Source: an uncultured bacterium (lineage in GTDB: Bacteria; Verrucomicrobiota; Verrucomicrobiia; Limisphaerales; UBA8199). Taken from it: a DNA stretch of 64,000 nt. The stretch is taken from positions 288,001-352,000 of the forward strand of contig CAVVMW010000004.1 of assembly GCA_963749495.1 (NCBI GenBank), read 5' to 3'. Made by a program: the position numbers and the translations under genes. This document shows positions 1 to 8,849 of this stretch, one piece after another (the stretch's first letter is position 1; each line of letters opens with the position of its first letter). A model generated the notes under the pieces. The model was not told where the DNA came from. It did no database searches and worked only from the letters and a program-made list of their open reading frames with translations.

Positions 1-397
1 GGAGCGCGGCAGTGGTATCCCTCAGCCGCACGATGGTCCGGATTCGCGCCAGAAACTCATCCAAGTCGAAGGGTTTGATGAAATAATCGTCGGCACCCCC
101 CTCCAAACCGCTGATCCTGTCCGCAACACTCGTCGCACCACCGGACATCAAAGCGACGAAAACATCCTGCAGAACGCTGTCGGCCTTGATCTGCCTGCAC
201 ACCTCTGAGCCGTTGATATCAGGCAGCAGGACATCCAGCAACACGAGGTCCGGGCGTCTTTCGCGTGCGGTTTGGAGACCCTGCCGACCGGTCGAGGCTG
301 CGCAGACCTCATAGCCACGCGCCCGCAAGAGGTTGGTGAGTATCTGGACGATCGCGGGATCGTCATCCACCACAAGTATGCACGTCGTCTTGTTCAT
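1..397 (-). CDS. Response-regulator receiver-domain protein (5' part; continues beyond the window start)
   Basis: Manual minus-strand translation from ATG 397: MNKTTCILVVDDDPAIV...RPDLVLLDVLLPDING...GADDYFIKPFD, a canonical REC domain with intact Asp and Lys-Pro; GGAG upstream. Confidence 0.9.
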   Translation of the reverse strand, partial: MNKTTCILVVDDDPAIVQILTNLLRARGYEVCAASTGRQGLQTARERRPDLVLLDVLLPDINGSEVCRQIKADSVLQDVFVALMSGGATSVADRISGLEGGADDYFIKPFDLDEFLARIRTIVRLRDTTAAL

Positions 398-515
398 ACT
401 CCGCCCAGGCTCAAGTGTCCGCTTAAACTATCAGTTGGGCTGTTTGGATCAAGAGCTAAATCTGCCCCCAAACAGGGGTGAGCGCATCCACACACTGCCC
501 CCCGGAACACCGGCT

Positions 516-1268
516 TTAGCCGGCAGGCTCCTGGAATTTCTCCCGATTCCGAATCGGGACTGCACAAATGCGGCGTTCGTGCGCCTGGGAGCGAATGTGC
601 ACCGGAGGGTGGAAGTCCCTCCCTCTGGGGGGGGTCGGGTTCAGATAGAAGGCGACGGCCTGGGCGGCGGAATGGGCGTCCAGTTTTGCCAGCACGTTGC
701 GCACGTGAGTCCGGACGGTCGCCTTATCGATGCCGAGCGCGGCGGTGATGGCCTCCTGGCAGAGTCCACGTGAGAGGCAGCGCAAGACCTCCCGCTCCCG
801 CTCGGTCAGGCAATCAAGCACTGCGCCGCAAGCTCGAAAGTACTCAGCGACGGCCTTGGCGACAGGGCTCGAAATGACCGCCCCGCCCTGGTGGACGGTC
901 CAGATGGCCCGGATCAGTTCGTCGGCCGTGCAGGGTTTGGGCAGATAGGCGCAGGCGCCGGATTCCAGGGCCTCAAGGAGGAGGTGGGGGTGGTTATCTG
1001 GAATCAGGAGGATGGGCGATGCGCCGGGCCAGTGCGCCCTGGTGCGCCGGATGAACTCAGTGCCGGCCATGTCACGCAGGAACAGGCTGACGATGAACAA
1101 GCCGGGGCGGTGCTGGGCAAAGCACCACAGGGCATCTCTGCCGGTGGCGGCGGCACAAAGCGGGCGCAGGCCCGGTGTGCCCTCAACGATAGCCGCCATG
1201 AATTGACGCACCTTGTCGTCGCTCTCGACGATCCCAACCTCAACCGTATGCAGACCCTTGCCTACCAT
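516..1268 (-). CDS. NarL/LuxR-family response regulator, atypical receiver
   Basis: REC-like N-terminus (GACAYLPKP) plus LuxR HTH (LTEREREVLRCL...TVRTHVRNVLAKLDAHS); start placed at MVGKG. Confidence 0.85.
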   Translation of the reverse strand: MVGKGLHTVEVGIVESDDKVRQFMAAIVEGTPGLRPLCAAATGRDALWCFAQHRPGLFIVSLFLRDMAGTEFIRRTRAHWPGASPILLIPDNHPHLLLEALESGACAYLPKPCTADELIRAIWTVHQGGAVISSPVAKAVAEYFRACGAVLDCLTEREREVLRCLSRGLCQEAITAALGIDKATVRTHVRNVLAKLDAHSAAQAVAFYLNPTPPRGRDFHPPVHIRSQAHERRICAVPIRNREKFQEPAG

Positions 1269-1636
1269 AAGATTCGCCTTCTGACAACAGAAGACCGCCA
1301 AGGCTGGGCACAAAACCCGCCTTTGCGTAGCGACTCTTCACACTGCTCCTCTCCGGAATTGATAGGCAGGCAGGCCGTCTTTCTCCGGAAGTTGCAGGCA
1401 TTGTGCCCATGAACCTGGCCGGAATGGAATTAGTGTTTCTACGTAAGTGGCAAGTAGTAGAAATACGTACGTAGTGCGCGGCACTAAAGCCATCGCCGCT
1501 GGCTCGGCGGCCACCGGGCCCAACCTTTGATGATGTGGGGCCGGATGGCTTCTGCTGTTGATGGCATCCAACGTCACGGAAATTCACGCCGGATCCACGT
1601 TGTAACGCTCGTAAACACAACTCCTTCCGTCGCCTC

Positions 1637-1656
1637 TCTACACCCTAGGGTGTAGA
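1637..1656. promoter_or_regulatory. Perfect 20-bp palindrome, candidate LuxR/NarL-type operator
   Basis: TCTACACCCTAGGGTGTAGA (7-2-7 layout TACACCC-TA-GGGTGTA) between the divergent regulators. Confidence 0.45.
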
Positions 1657-1987
1657 AAGAGGCATTTTTGGAGTGCGTTTTTGTGCGAAAAATACCTCCT
1701 GGGGTGGAAGCCAAGTCTGATCCGTCCCGGCATAATCACCTCTAAGAATCATGTTTGGGATTCTTCATGGCCCCCCGGTCGTTTTCAATTCCTGCGTGGT
1801 TGCAGCCGTGCGTGTAGTGATCGCTTTGGAAGACGATTGCAGGTCCGCCACAGCAAAAGGCCGTTGCGAACCGACCGGCACGAAGTGCGCAGTCTCCTCC
1901 CCAGCGTCCTGATTCAACGACGCGTCCCAACGGTCGCTAACCCGCGGTTCCGCCAACTCCGAATGGTGCTGCCTAAACGCCTGACCT

Positions 1988-2647
1988 ATGGCCAAGTATT
2001 CTTCCGAAATCAAAATTCGGGTCCTGATCATTGAGGAAAACCCCGTCGAGCGTGAGTACCTGCGGGCGCTCGTTGCAGGTGCTCCTGGCGTGAACGTCTC
2101 CGCCGTGCATCCCAGCATTGAGGGAGTTTTTCCGCAACTGCGCAAGGACCTGCCTGACGTGGTCCTGATCAATATCAGCGCCCAGCGCGAGGTTGAGGTC
2201 GAGTGGCTGCGGCAAGTGCACAACGAGTTGCCCCACACCTCCGTGCTGGTGCTTTCGGCCCAGCGCGGCAGCCGGGAGTTCCTCCAGACTCTCGAGGCTG
2301 GCATCTCCGGGTGGTTGGAAAAGCCGTGCACTGCCGACCAGATCCTCCGTGCCATCCTGGTCGTGCACGAGGGCGGCGCCGTGTTGTCGAGCCAGGCAGC
2401 CCGCAAGCTCCTGGACTATTTCCAGGCTCGCGGCAGTCTGCTGGGCTCCCTCACCCCCCGCGAACGGGAAATCATGCTGCTGCTCAGCGAAGGATGCTTG
2501 ACCGAGGACATGGCCGCAAAGCTTGGCGTGGCCAGAGTAACCCTCCACACCCATATCAACAACATCCTGGAGAAGCTTAACGTCAGCTCCCGTGCCGAGG
2601 CCGTGGCCAAATACCTCAACCCCATGGAGGCGCCGGTCCAGGCGTGA
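1988..2647 (+). CDS. NarL/LuxR-family response regulator, atypical receiver
   Basis: RVLIIEEN...PDVVLINIS...GWLEKP plus LTPREREIM...TLHTHINNILEKLNVSSRAEAV; paralogous to the 516-1268 gene. Confidence 0.9.
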   Translation: MAKYSSEIKIRVLIIEENPVEREYLRALVAGAPGVNVSAVHPSIEGVFPQLRKDLPDVVLINISAQREVEVEWLRQVHNELPHTSVLVLSAQRGSREFLQTLEAGISGWLEKPCTADQILRAILVVHEGGAVLSSQAARKLLDYFQARGSLLGSLTPREREIMLLLSEGCLTEDMAAKLGVARVTLHTHINNILEKLNVSSRAEAVAKYLNPMEAPVQA

Positions 2648-2945
2648 TTGCCGGAGCCGCGCGTTGCCGCCCCCACTCCCCGTGCAACGGGGAGAGCGTC
2701 CGAGCGAGGGGAAATGACGCCCTGCCAAAATGAGCTCCCAAAGACTGACTTGCGCCCGCCGATCACCCGGATGGCGACCAACCTCAATATACAGGATATG
2801 AGAATTTGGTTGGGCGGCATTAGTGCTATTCGGATGCCAGCGGTGTGGGTCGGGGGCGCTGATTCGAGCGCGCTCACCACGATCTGGCATCCTCGGTGGC
2901 GGGTCACCGTTTCGGCGCTCGGCAAGATCAAAAGGAGGGCGACAG

Positions 2946-4238
2946 ATGTTTGCTCATGACCATCTCGAACTGCGGCTGCTTCGCCTCAAGCCGTCCGAGG
3001 AGTGGCGAAATCCAGGCCACGGCTTCTCCTTCCTGTTTCCGACGGGGGGCGCCGGAACGTTGGTAGCCTCGCCAGTCCAGCATCCTCTGGCACCCGGTGA
3101 TGTCCTCGTCCTCTCCGAGGCCCAGGGCGGCATGGTCTGCGCCGCGGAGGCCGGGGAACTGGCCTTTTGGCACTTTTCGCTCTACTTTGAGCACCTCTAC
3201 CCTCTGTTTGGGAACAACGAACTGTGCCTGTTGCAGAGTGTCACGGAATTCTTCAGGAGCCCAAGGCTCTATCCCGCTGCCATGCCCCTGGCCCAGGAAT
3301 GCCACCAACTGCTGGCGGCCGCCCCGCCCCTGCACCACTTGGACCACCGCGGCCAACTGCTGCGGGTCGCGACCGCCATTTTAACCGCGGAATTCAAAGA
3401 TGCCCGCCGCCGGCGGGGCGGGTTTGTCAGCGCCGAGGATCACCTGAGCCAAGTGTTCGAGCAGCTTCTGGTGGCTGACATCATGGGTCTGAGGGTGCAG
3501 GAATTGGCGGAGAAATTCCAGTGCAGCCAGCGCCACTTGAACCGCCTCTTTCACCGGTACTTTGGCTTCTCCGTGGCCGCCCTGAGAATGGAGATGCGGT
3601 TGATCAAAGCCGTTTCCCTGCTGCGAGATCGCGACGCCAAGGTCATCCGCGTGGCGGAACAATGCGGTTTCAACCACCTGGGCCTCTTCAATTCCTGCTT
3701 CAAGCGCCGGTTCGGCGCCAGCCCGGGCCGATGGCGCAACGCCGATCGGCCCCCCCGCCCTCAGCCCGCGCCACTCATCCAGGGCGACCCTGTTTGCCAA
3801 ATGCGCGCCAACGGCCTGTGCCCCTGGGCCGGGCAAACCCGGCGACCCGCAGCCCAGCCCCGCACCCCTCAGCCCAAGACCCGCCCGCCTGAGCCCCGCC
3901 CGCTCCCCGAAGGCTCGCCCTGCCTTCGCCCCGCTGCCGCCCAATGGCGGGAACGGACCAGCAGAGGCCGCCTTCGCCTCGAAGCTCCAGGCCGCGGTGC
4001 GCGCCTCGGTGGAGGCCCTGTCCGGGCTCGCGCAGGAGAAAGGCACCGCCTTATGAACCGCGCGCGAACACTGCCAACCCAGGAGCGCCCGGTGCTGCGC
4101 GGGTCTTATGCGGGCGGCCGGACGATCCGGCGGGCCATGGAATTGCTCTGCGAACGAAGGGCCAAGGTCATAGGCATCGTCTTCGACCGTGCCAACAGCC
4201 CCTTCCGCTCCTACGAACATTACAAATACGCCGATTAG
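2946..4238 (+). CDS. AraC-family transcriptional regulator with Pro-rich linker and CpsD/Wzc-like C-terminal segment
   Basis: AraC double HTH (SQRHLNRLFHRYFG...VAEQCGFNHLGLFNSCFKRRFGASPGRWR); AGGAGG upstream of ATG 2946. Confidence 0.8.
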   Translation: MFAHDHLELRLLRLKPSEEWRNPGHGFSFLFPTGGAGTLVASPVQHPLAPGDVLVLSEAQGGMVCAAEAGELAFWHFSLYFEHLYPLFGNNELCLLQSVTEFFRSPRLYPAAMPLAQECHQLLAAAPPLHHLDHRGQLLRVATAILTAEFKDARRRRGGFVSAEDHLSQVFEQLLVADIMGLRVQELAEKFQCSQRHLNRLFHRYFGFSVAALRMEMRLIKAVSLLRDRDAKVIRVAEQCGFNHLGLFNSCFKRRFGASPGRWRNADRPPRPQPAPLIQGDPVCQMRANGLCPWAGQTRRPAAQPRTPQPKTRPPEPRPLPEGSPCLRPAAAQWRERTSRGRLRLEAPGRGARLGGGPVRARAGERHRLMNRARTLPTQERPVLRGSYAGGRTIRRAMELLCERRAKVIGIVFDRANSPFRSYEHYKYAD

Positions 4239-4361
4239 CCCGTGGTTACCCGGAGACGGGCTCCACGAGACCTCGCGATGTTTAGTGGAAAGAACGCAAT
4301 CAGTCGGTTGCGGGCCGAACGGAAACAGGCCTGCGAATTGACGGGCACGGAGTGCGGGCAC

Positions 4362-4531
4362 GGAAAAAGCTGAAAAGCGGAAACTAGAAAGCAGAAATCA
4401 GCACACCATCGAGTTTCAGTTTTCCGCTTCCCGCTGCCGCCAGGACGAATTTCCCATTTCTGCTTTCCACTTTCTGCTTTTGTGCATGCTGATTGATTTC
4501 TGCTTTCTGTTTTCCTGATTTCTGCTTTTCC
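4362..4531. repeat. Purine-arm/pyrimidine-arm heptamer-family repeat block upstream of the EPS operon
   Basis: AAAAGCTGAAAAGCGGAAACTAGAAAGCAGAAA followed by TTTCAGTTTTCCGCTT and several TTTCTGC units. Confidence 0.8.
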
Positions 4532-4539
4532 CCGGACCA

Positions 4540-5832
4540 TTGACCATGAGTAACCGGATGCACACGCGCCTGACTGGCTGGGCGGTGGTTCTGCTTTCCG
4601 GGGTCCAACTGGAGGTAGCATGCCAAGCACAAACCTTTGAGGCGCAAAAAGATGCAGTTGCGCCCGAGACGCAAGCCCTGCCGGAAATCCTGCCCCGTTA
4701 TAACATCCCTTGGCGCTCCGGCGGGCTGAACTTCAGTGCCGGGCTCCGTGGGCTCTATGTGGACAACGTGTATTTGACGCATACCGGCGCGCGCGACGAC
4801 TTCATATTGGTTCCGGAGTGCGACATCGGGGCATTCTTCCCAATCGGGCGGTCGAACACCGTGGTTTTGGACCTCGGCCTGGCGTACTATCAGTACTTCA
4901 AGAACACCGCCTTGAACACCGGCACGCCAGTGGTCAACCCCAATTCTGAGCTTGCCTTCAACATCCGCAGCGGCGATTTCACGTTCAAGTTCAGCGAGAG
5001 TTTCTCCTACCAGGTGACCCCGATTTACGACACGGGCACCGAGTTTTACAACCTTTACAATACGGCGCAGTTCCGCCGATACCAGAACCGCATCGGAACG
5101 ACGGTGACCTGGGACCTGCACGACCTGGTGGTCAGCGCCGGTTACCATCACGAGAACCTCTGGTCCGACGGCTCGTTTTACGACTACATCGATCACGCCT
5201 CGGAGCTTTTCAACGCCGACGCCATGCTCACCCTTTCCCCCCTGGTTACGGCCGGCCTCGAGGCCCTCGGCAGCCTGAATAACTTCGACAACCGTCCAAC
5301 CTACGACACCTGGCGGGCCAGGCTGGGGCCGGCTCTTCGGCTGAACGCGAGCCAATTCATCAAGGTCCGCGCGGGGGCCGGGTATGAACGGATTGAATAC
5401 GACTCGGCGTCCGCCTCGTCGCTCGGTTTGAGCGCGGAAAACACTTACTACGCCTATGCCGCCGTCAACCACCAGATCAACCAGTTCTTCAGCCATTCGC
5501 TCGGGGCCTCGCACGACAACCAGCTTGGATTCAACGCCGCCAATCTCGAAGGAACTCATATAACGTATTCCCTGGCTTGGAGACCCAACGAGAGAGTGAC
5601 CCTAACCCCACACGTGTCCGTCAACTGGTACGACGAGTCCTTCGGCTCAGGCTCGGCGAGCCTCTATCACGAGAAATTCACCTACGTTTCCGCCGGCCTT
5701 TCCGTTCGCTACCAATTCGGCCAGCACTGGCGCGCCGGCCTGAGCTGGGATTACCGGCTCAAGGACTCGGACATCCAGGCCGATGGCTACGCCCAGAACC
5801 AGGCCGCCCTCGAACTCGTTTACCAATTCTGA
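4540..5832 (+). CDS. Outer-membrane beta-barrel protein of polysaccharide export loci
   Basis: Signal peptide, alternating aromatic beta-strands, terminal LELVYQF, directly upstream of the SLBB gene. Confidence 0.8.
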   Translation: MTMSNRMHTRLTGWAVVLLSGVQLEVACQAQTFEAQKDAVAPETQALPEILPRYNIPWRSGGLNFSAGLRGLYVDNVYLTHTGARDDFILVPECDIGAFFPIGRSNTVVLDLGLAYYQYFKNTALNTGTPVVNPNSELAFNIRSGDFTFKFSESFSYQVTPIYDTGTEFYNLYNTAQFRRYQNRIGTTVTWDLHDLVVSAGYHHENLWSDGSFYDYIDHASELFNADAMLTLSPLVTAGLEALGSLNNFDNRPTYDTWRARLGPALRLNASQFIKVRAGAGYERIEYDSASASSLGLSAENTYYAYAAVNHQINQFFSHSLGASHDNQLGFNAANLEGTHITYSLAWRPNERVTLTPHVSVNWYDESFGSGSASLYHEKFTYVSAGLSVRYQFGQHWRAGLSWDYRLKDSDIQADGYAQNQAALELVYQF

Positions 5833-5836
5833 TCCC

Positions 5837-7075
5837 ATGAACGCTTCCAAAAGACCACGGACCACCGGGGGAAAAACAGAAAACAGAAATCGGATGGCCA
5901 GCATAGCCGCCACACGTTTCGGCTTGCACACCCGTTTTGATGCCATGAACACTCCTGGAATTCTCCAATCTCGACAAGTTCCCCTGCGAACACAAGATAC
6001 GACACCTCAAGCCAAGGACGATTTCTGCTTTCCGCTTTCCGCTTTTCCCGGCCGAGCCCCTATTTCTGCTTTCCATTTCCCACTTTCTGCTTTCCGCTTT
6101 CGTCTTTCTGCTTTTCCCGGCCGCGCTCCTATTTCTGTTTTCTGCTTTCGACTTTCTGTTTTCCTTTTTCTGCTTTCTGCTTTGGTTTGTACCGCTGCCG
6201 ACCCTCCCGTTCCCGACCCGCAAACCCGGCAGAAGGCCCTGGGGGATCCGTGGAACGCCTCCCCTTCCGCCCCAACCAACTCGACCCTCGACCCTCGACC
6301 CTCCGCCCCCCTGACTGTGGACTCTTCCCCCTCGCCCCCCACTCCGCACTCCGCACTCCGCACTCCGCACTCCGCCTCCCCCCTGCCCTCCGCCCCCCGG
6401 ACTGTGGACGGTGGCCTGCCAGCCGTAGCTGCCCCAGCAGCGAAGGCTGGACCGTGGACTGTGGACTCTTCCCCCTCGCCCCTCGCCCCTCGCCCCTCGC
6501 CCCTCGCCCCTTCCCCCCCTTTGGCCCGCAACATGGACTCGTTGGACGACAAACAAAAGCTGGGCGTGGGAGACACCGTCAGTTTTCGCGTTGTGGAAGA
6601 CCAGGAAGACCCCAAGACCCTGACCATTACCGACGCGGGCGAGCTGGATGTCCCCGAGCTGGGACTGGTCACCGCCTCCGGGAAAACCTGCAAACAACTG
6701 GCGTTCGAGATTAAGCCCAAGCTCGAACAGGTCACCTATTACCGCGCCACCGTGATCATCGGAATCCAGCTCCTCAACAAAACCACCAGCGGCCGCAGGG
6801 TCTATGTGGCCGGCCAGGTAGCCCGGGCGGGTCCGCAGGAAATCCCCGCCGGCGAAACCTGGACCGTGAGCAAGGCAATCCTGGCTGCCGGCGGCTTCAC
6901 CCAGTACGCCGACAAAAAGGCTGTTCGCCTGGTCCGGGCGGGCGCCAAGGGCCAACCCGCCAAGACCATCCTTTTGAATATCGCCGATGTCTGGGAAAAG
7001 AGCCGGACCGAACGGGACATCCCCGTCGAAACCGAGGATTTGATTTACGTCCCCACCCGCGCCGTCAACTTTTAA
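5837..7075 (+). CDS. wza: Polysaccharide export protein (Poly_export + SLBB, Wza-like); N-terminal half is repeat-derived
   Basis: KLGVGDTVSFRVVED...GELDVPELG...RVYVAGQV...AILAAGGFTQYADKKAVRLVR...EDLIYVP; start uncertain (5837 or 5945). Confidence 0.8.
   Translation: MNASKRPRTTGGKTENRNRMASIAATRFGLHTRFDAMNTPGILQSRQVPLRTQDTTPQAKDDFCFPLSAFPGRAPISAFHFPLSAFRFRLSAFPGRAPISVFCFRLSVFLFLLSALVCTAADPPVPDPQTRQKALGDPWNASPSAPTNSTLDPRPSAPLTVDSSPSPPTPHSALRTPHSASPLPSAPRTVDGGLPAVAAPAAKAGPWTVDSSPSPLAPRPSPLAPSPPLARNMDSLDDKQKLGVGDTVSFRVVEDQEDPKTLTITDAGELDVPELGLVTASGKTCKQLAFEIKPKLEQVTYYRATVIIGIQLLNKTTSGRRVYVAGQVARAGPQEIPAGETWTVSKAILAAGGFTQYADKKAVRLVRAGAKGQPAKTILLNIADVWEKSRTERDIPVETEDLIYVPTRAVNF
6022..6507 (+). repeat. 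In-frame heptamer arrays inside wza
   Basis: TTTCTGC/TTTCCGC tract 6022-6183; (TCGACCC)3 6281-6301; (ACTCCGC)5 6341-6375; GGACTGT units 6399-6467; (CCCTCGC)5 6473-6507. Confidence 0.9.
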
Positions 7076-7281
7076 GCTGAAAGCTGAAAGCTGAAATTAA
7101 TTTCAATTTTCTGCTTTCCCAATTTCTGCTTTTTAGAGTGCTGCTTTGCTTTTGTGTTTTCAGCTTTGTTTTTGAGATTTCTACTTTCAGCTTTCCAAAT
7201 TTCTGCTTTTTAGAGTGCTGCTTTCTCAATTTCCGCTTTTGCACTCCGTCCGTAGTCCCGTGGTCCTGTGATCCCGCGGTT
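7075..7281. repeat. Repeat junction J1: (GCTGAAA)3-TTAA-pyrimidine arm
   Basis: Starts at the wza stop; GAAATTAATTTC at 7093-7104; two copies of ATTTCTGCTTTTTAGAGTGCTGCTTT. Confidence 0.9.
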
Positions 7282-7317
7282 GCTTTTCACGAAGCGAGCG
7301 TGTAATTTCTGCTTGAT

Positions 7318-7569
7318 ATGAGTCTTGCCGAAATCGAAGCTGAGTTGGAGAATCTGGGGCCGGACGATTTGCGCACTTTGGCCCTCAAATCCTGGACTGC
7401 CTTTGTGCAAAAGGAAGGCGGCACCGCTCGGGTCAATGAGTGCAGCGAGGATGACCCTCGCCTGCTGGCCGCCCTGGACGAGGCAATCGCCAAAGCGGAC
7501 TCAGCTCCTCGTGGAGGGCACTCTGCGGACGCGGTCCGCGCCCACCTCAACGAATGGATTTCAAGATAA
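7318..7569 (+). CDS. Small addiction-module antitoxin-like protein
   Basis: 83 aa acidic, MSLAEIEAELENL...LDEAIAKAD...ADAVRAHLNEWISR; overlaps a RelE/ParE-like start. Confidence 0.6.
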   Translation: MSLAEIEAELENLGPDDLRTLALKSWTAFVQKEGGTARVNECSEDDPRLLAALDEAIAKADSAPRGGHSADAVRAHLNEWISR

Positions 7570-7695
7570 TCTTCCAGGACCCCTTTCTGGACGATCTTGA
7601 GCGCATCGTTCGGTCGGTGGCTGCGCACGACCCTTCGGCGGCTAGAAAACTGGGCGAACTCGTCATTCAAATGAGCGAAAGCCTCAGTTTCTTTG
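7554..7695 (+). pseudogene. Truncated RelE/ParE-family toxin (N-terminal ~47 aa)
   Basis: MDFKIIFQDPFLDDLERIVRSVAAHDPSAARKLGELVIQMSESLSFF matches ParE-type N-termini; similarity stops where the next gene's promoter begins. Confidence 0.65.
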
Positions 7696-7731
7696 ATTGC
7701 CCTTTCCCCTCGGCGGCAGTACATTCCGCCC

Positions 7732-8343
7732 ATGGTAACTGAAGATCGAGTCATTAACTTGGAAGCCACCTTGGCCAGGTTCATCGAACATACCAACCTG
7801 GTCGTCGCGGCCATCCACCAGGACATCGCCGAAATCCGTGCCGGCCACGCCCGCACCGACCGCCAGTTGTTGGAGATGCAGCAGCAGGCCGACAAGGACC
7901 GTAAGGATTTTAATAAACGCCTGGCCGAGATTTCCGACAGCATGGGGACCCTTATCGAGGACATGGTCGCGCCTTGCGGTTTCCAACTGGCCAGGACGGT
8001 CTTCGGTTCCGAGGAGGCGCAGACCTCTGCCATCCGCGTCAAGCGCAAGCACCCCGCGCGGCCCGCCGAGGTGATGGAACTCGATCTGCTCGCCATCGGT
8101 CCTGCCAAGCTGCTGGTCGTCGAGGTCAAACGGCGCATTGACGCGGCCAAAGTCGCGGAATACCGGGACAAGCTCAAACGGCTCCCCGAGTTTTTCCCGG
8201 AGCTGGCGGGCAAAACCCTCTGTCCCGCCGTCGCCAGCGTTTACCTCGAATCCTCGGTCATTGCTTTCCTCAACCGCGAAAAGATCTACGGCATCGCCAT
8301 GGGCGATGAAGTTATGAAAGTCATCAACCTCGGCCAGTTCTGA
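7732..8343 (+). CDS. Coiled-coil + PD-(D/E)XK nuclease-like protein
   Basis: N-terminal heptad region, MGTLIED, then ELDLLAIG...LLVVEVK motif. Confidence 0.7.
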   Translation: MVTEDRVINLEATLARFIEHTNLVVAAIHQDIAEIRAGHARTDRQLLEMQQQADKDRKDFNKRLAEISDSMGTLIEDMVAPCGFQLARTVFGSEEAQTSAIRVKRKHPARPAEVMELDLLAIGPAKLLVVEVKRRIDAAKVAEYRDKLKRLPEFFPELAGKTLCPAVASVYLESSVIAFLNREKIYGIAMGDEVMKVINLGQF

Positions 8344-8348
8344 CGCCA

Positions 8349-8480
8349 AACCAAAAGCTGAAAGCTGAAACGTGAAAGCTCAAAGCTGAAAACAGAAAGC
8401 TGAAAGCACAAATTAATTTCCATTTTCTGCTTTCCTAATTTCTGCTTTTCCGAGTGCTGCTTTCCCAATTTCAGCTTTGA
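8349..8480. repeat. Repeat junction J2
   Basis: AAAGCTG-type purine arm 8349-8409, AAATTAATTT 8410-8419, TTTCTGC/TTTCAGC pyrimidine arm to 8480. Confidence 0.9.
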
Positions 8481-8484
8481 ATAG

Positions 8485-8849
8485 ATGATTGGCCGCCTTC
8501 CAGGCGAATTTCGTGATCGCACCAAGCGCTACGCCGCGGCCACGATTAGACTTTTTGTCACACTCCCAAAGCAAAGGGAAGAGGTGAAGACGCTGGGAAA
8601 ACAACTGCTCCGCTCCGGAACCTCGGTTGCCGCCCACGTGCGCGAGGCATCCCGGGCCGATCCGATGAAGAGTTCGCATCCAAACTTGGCGGTGCGTTGC
8701 AGGAGGCCGACGCGTCGCAGCTTTGGCTGGAACTCCTGCGTGAAGAGTGCGCAATCCCCTCCACCGACACGCTGCCCATGGAAAAGGAAGCCGACAAACT
8801 CATGGCGATCATGACCACCATGATCAGGAGGACAAAGGACAGAGGATGA
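8485..8849 (+). CDS. Four-helix-bundle protein (23S rRNA IVS/Avd-like family); one-base frameshift near 8658
   Basis: KQLLRSGTSVAAHVREASRA, continuing after the shift as RSDEEFASKLGGALQEADASQLWLELL...EADKLMAIMTTMIRRTKDRG*; typical family motifs. Confidence 0.9.

Noticed and set aside
8485..8849. Diversity-generating retroelement (Avd-like gene)
   Set aside because: No reverse transcriptase and no TR/VR pair with adenine-specific mismatches was seen; the uxaE differences are not A-restricted.
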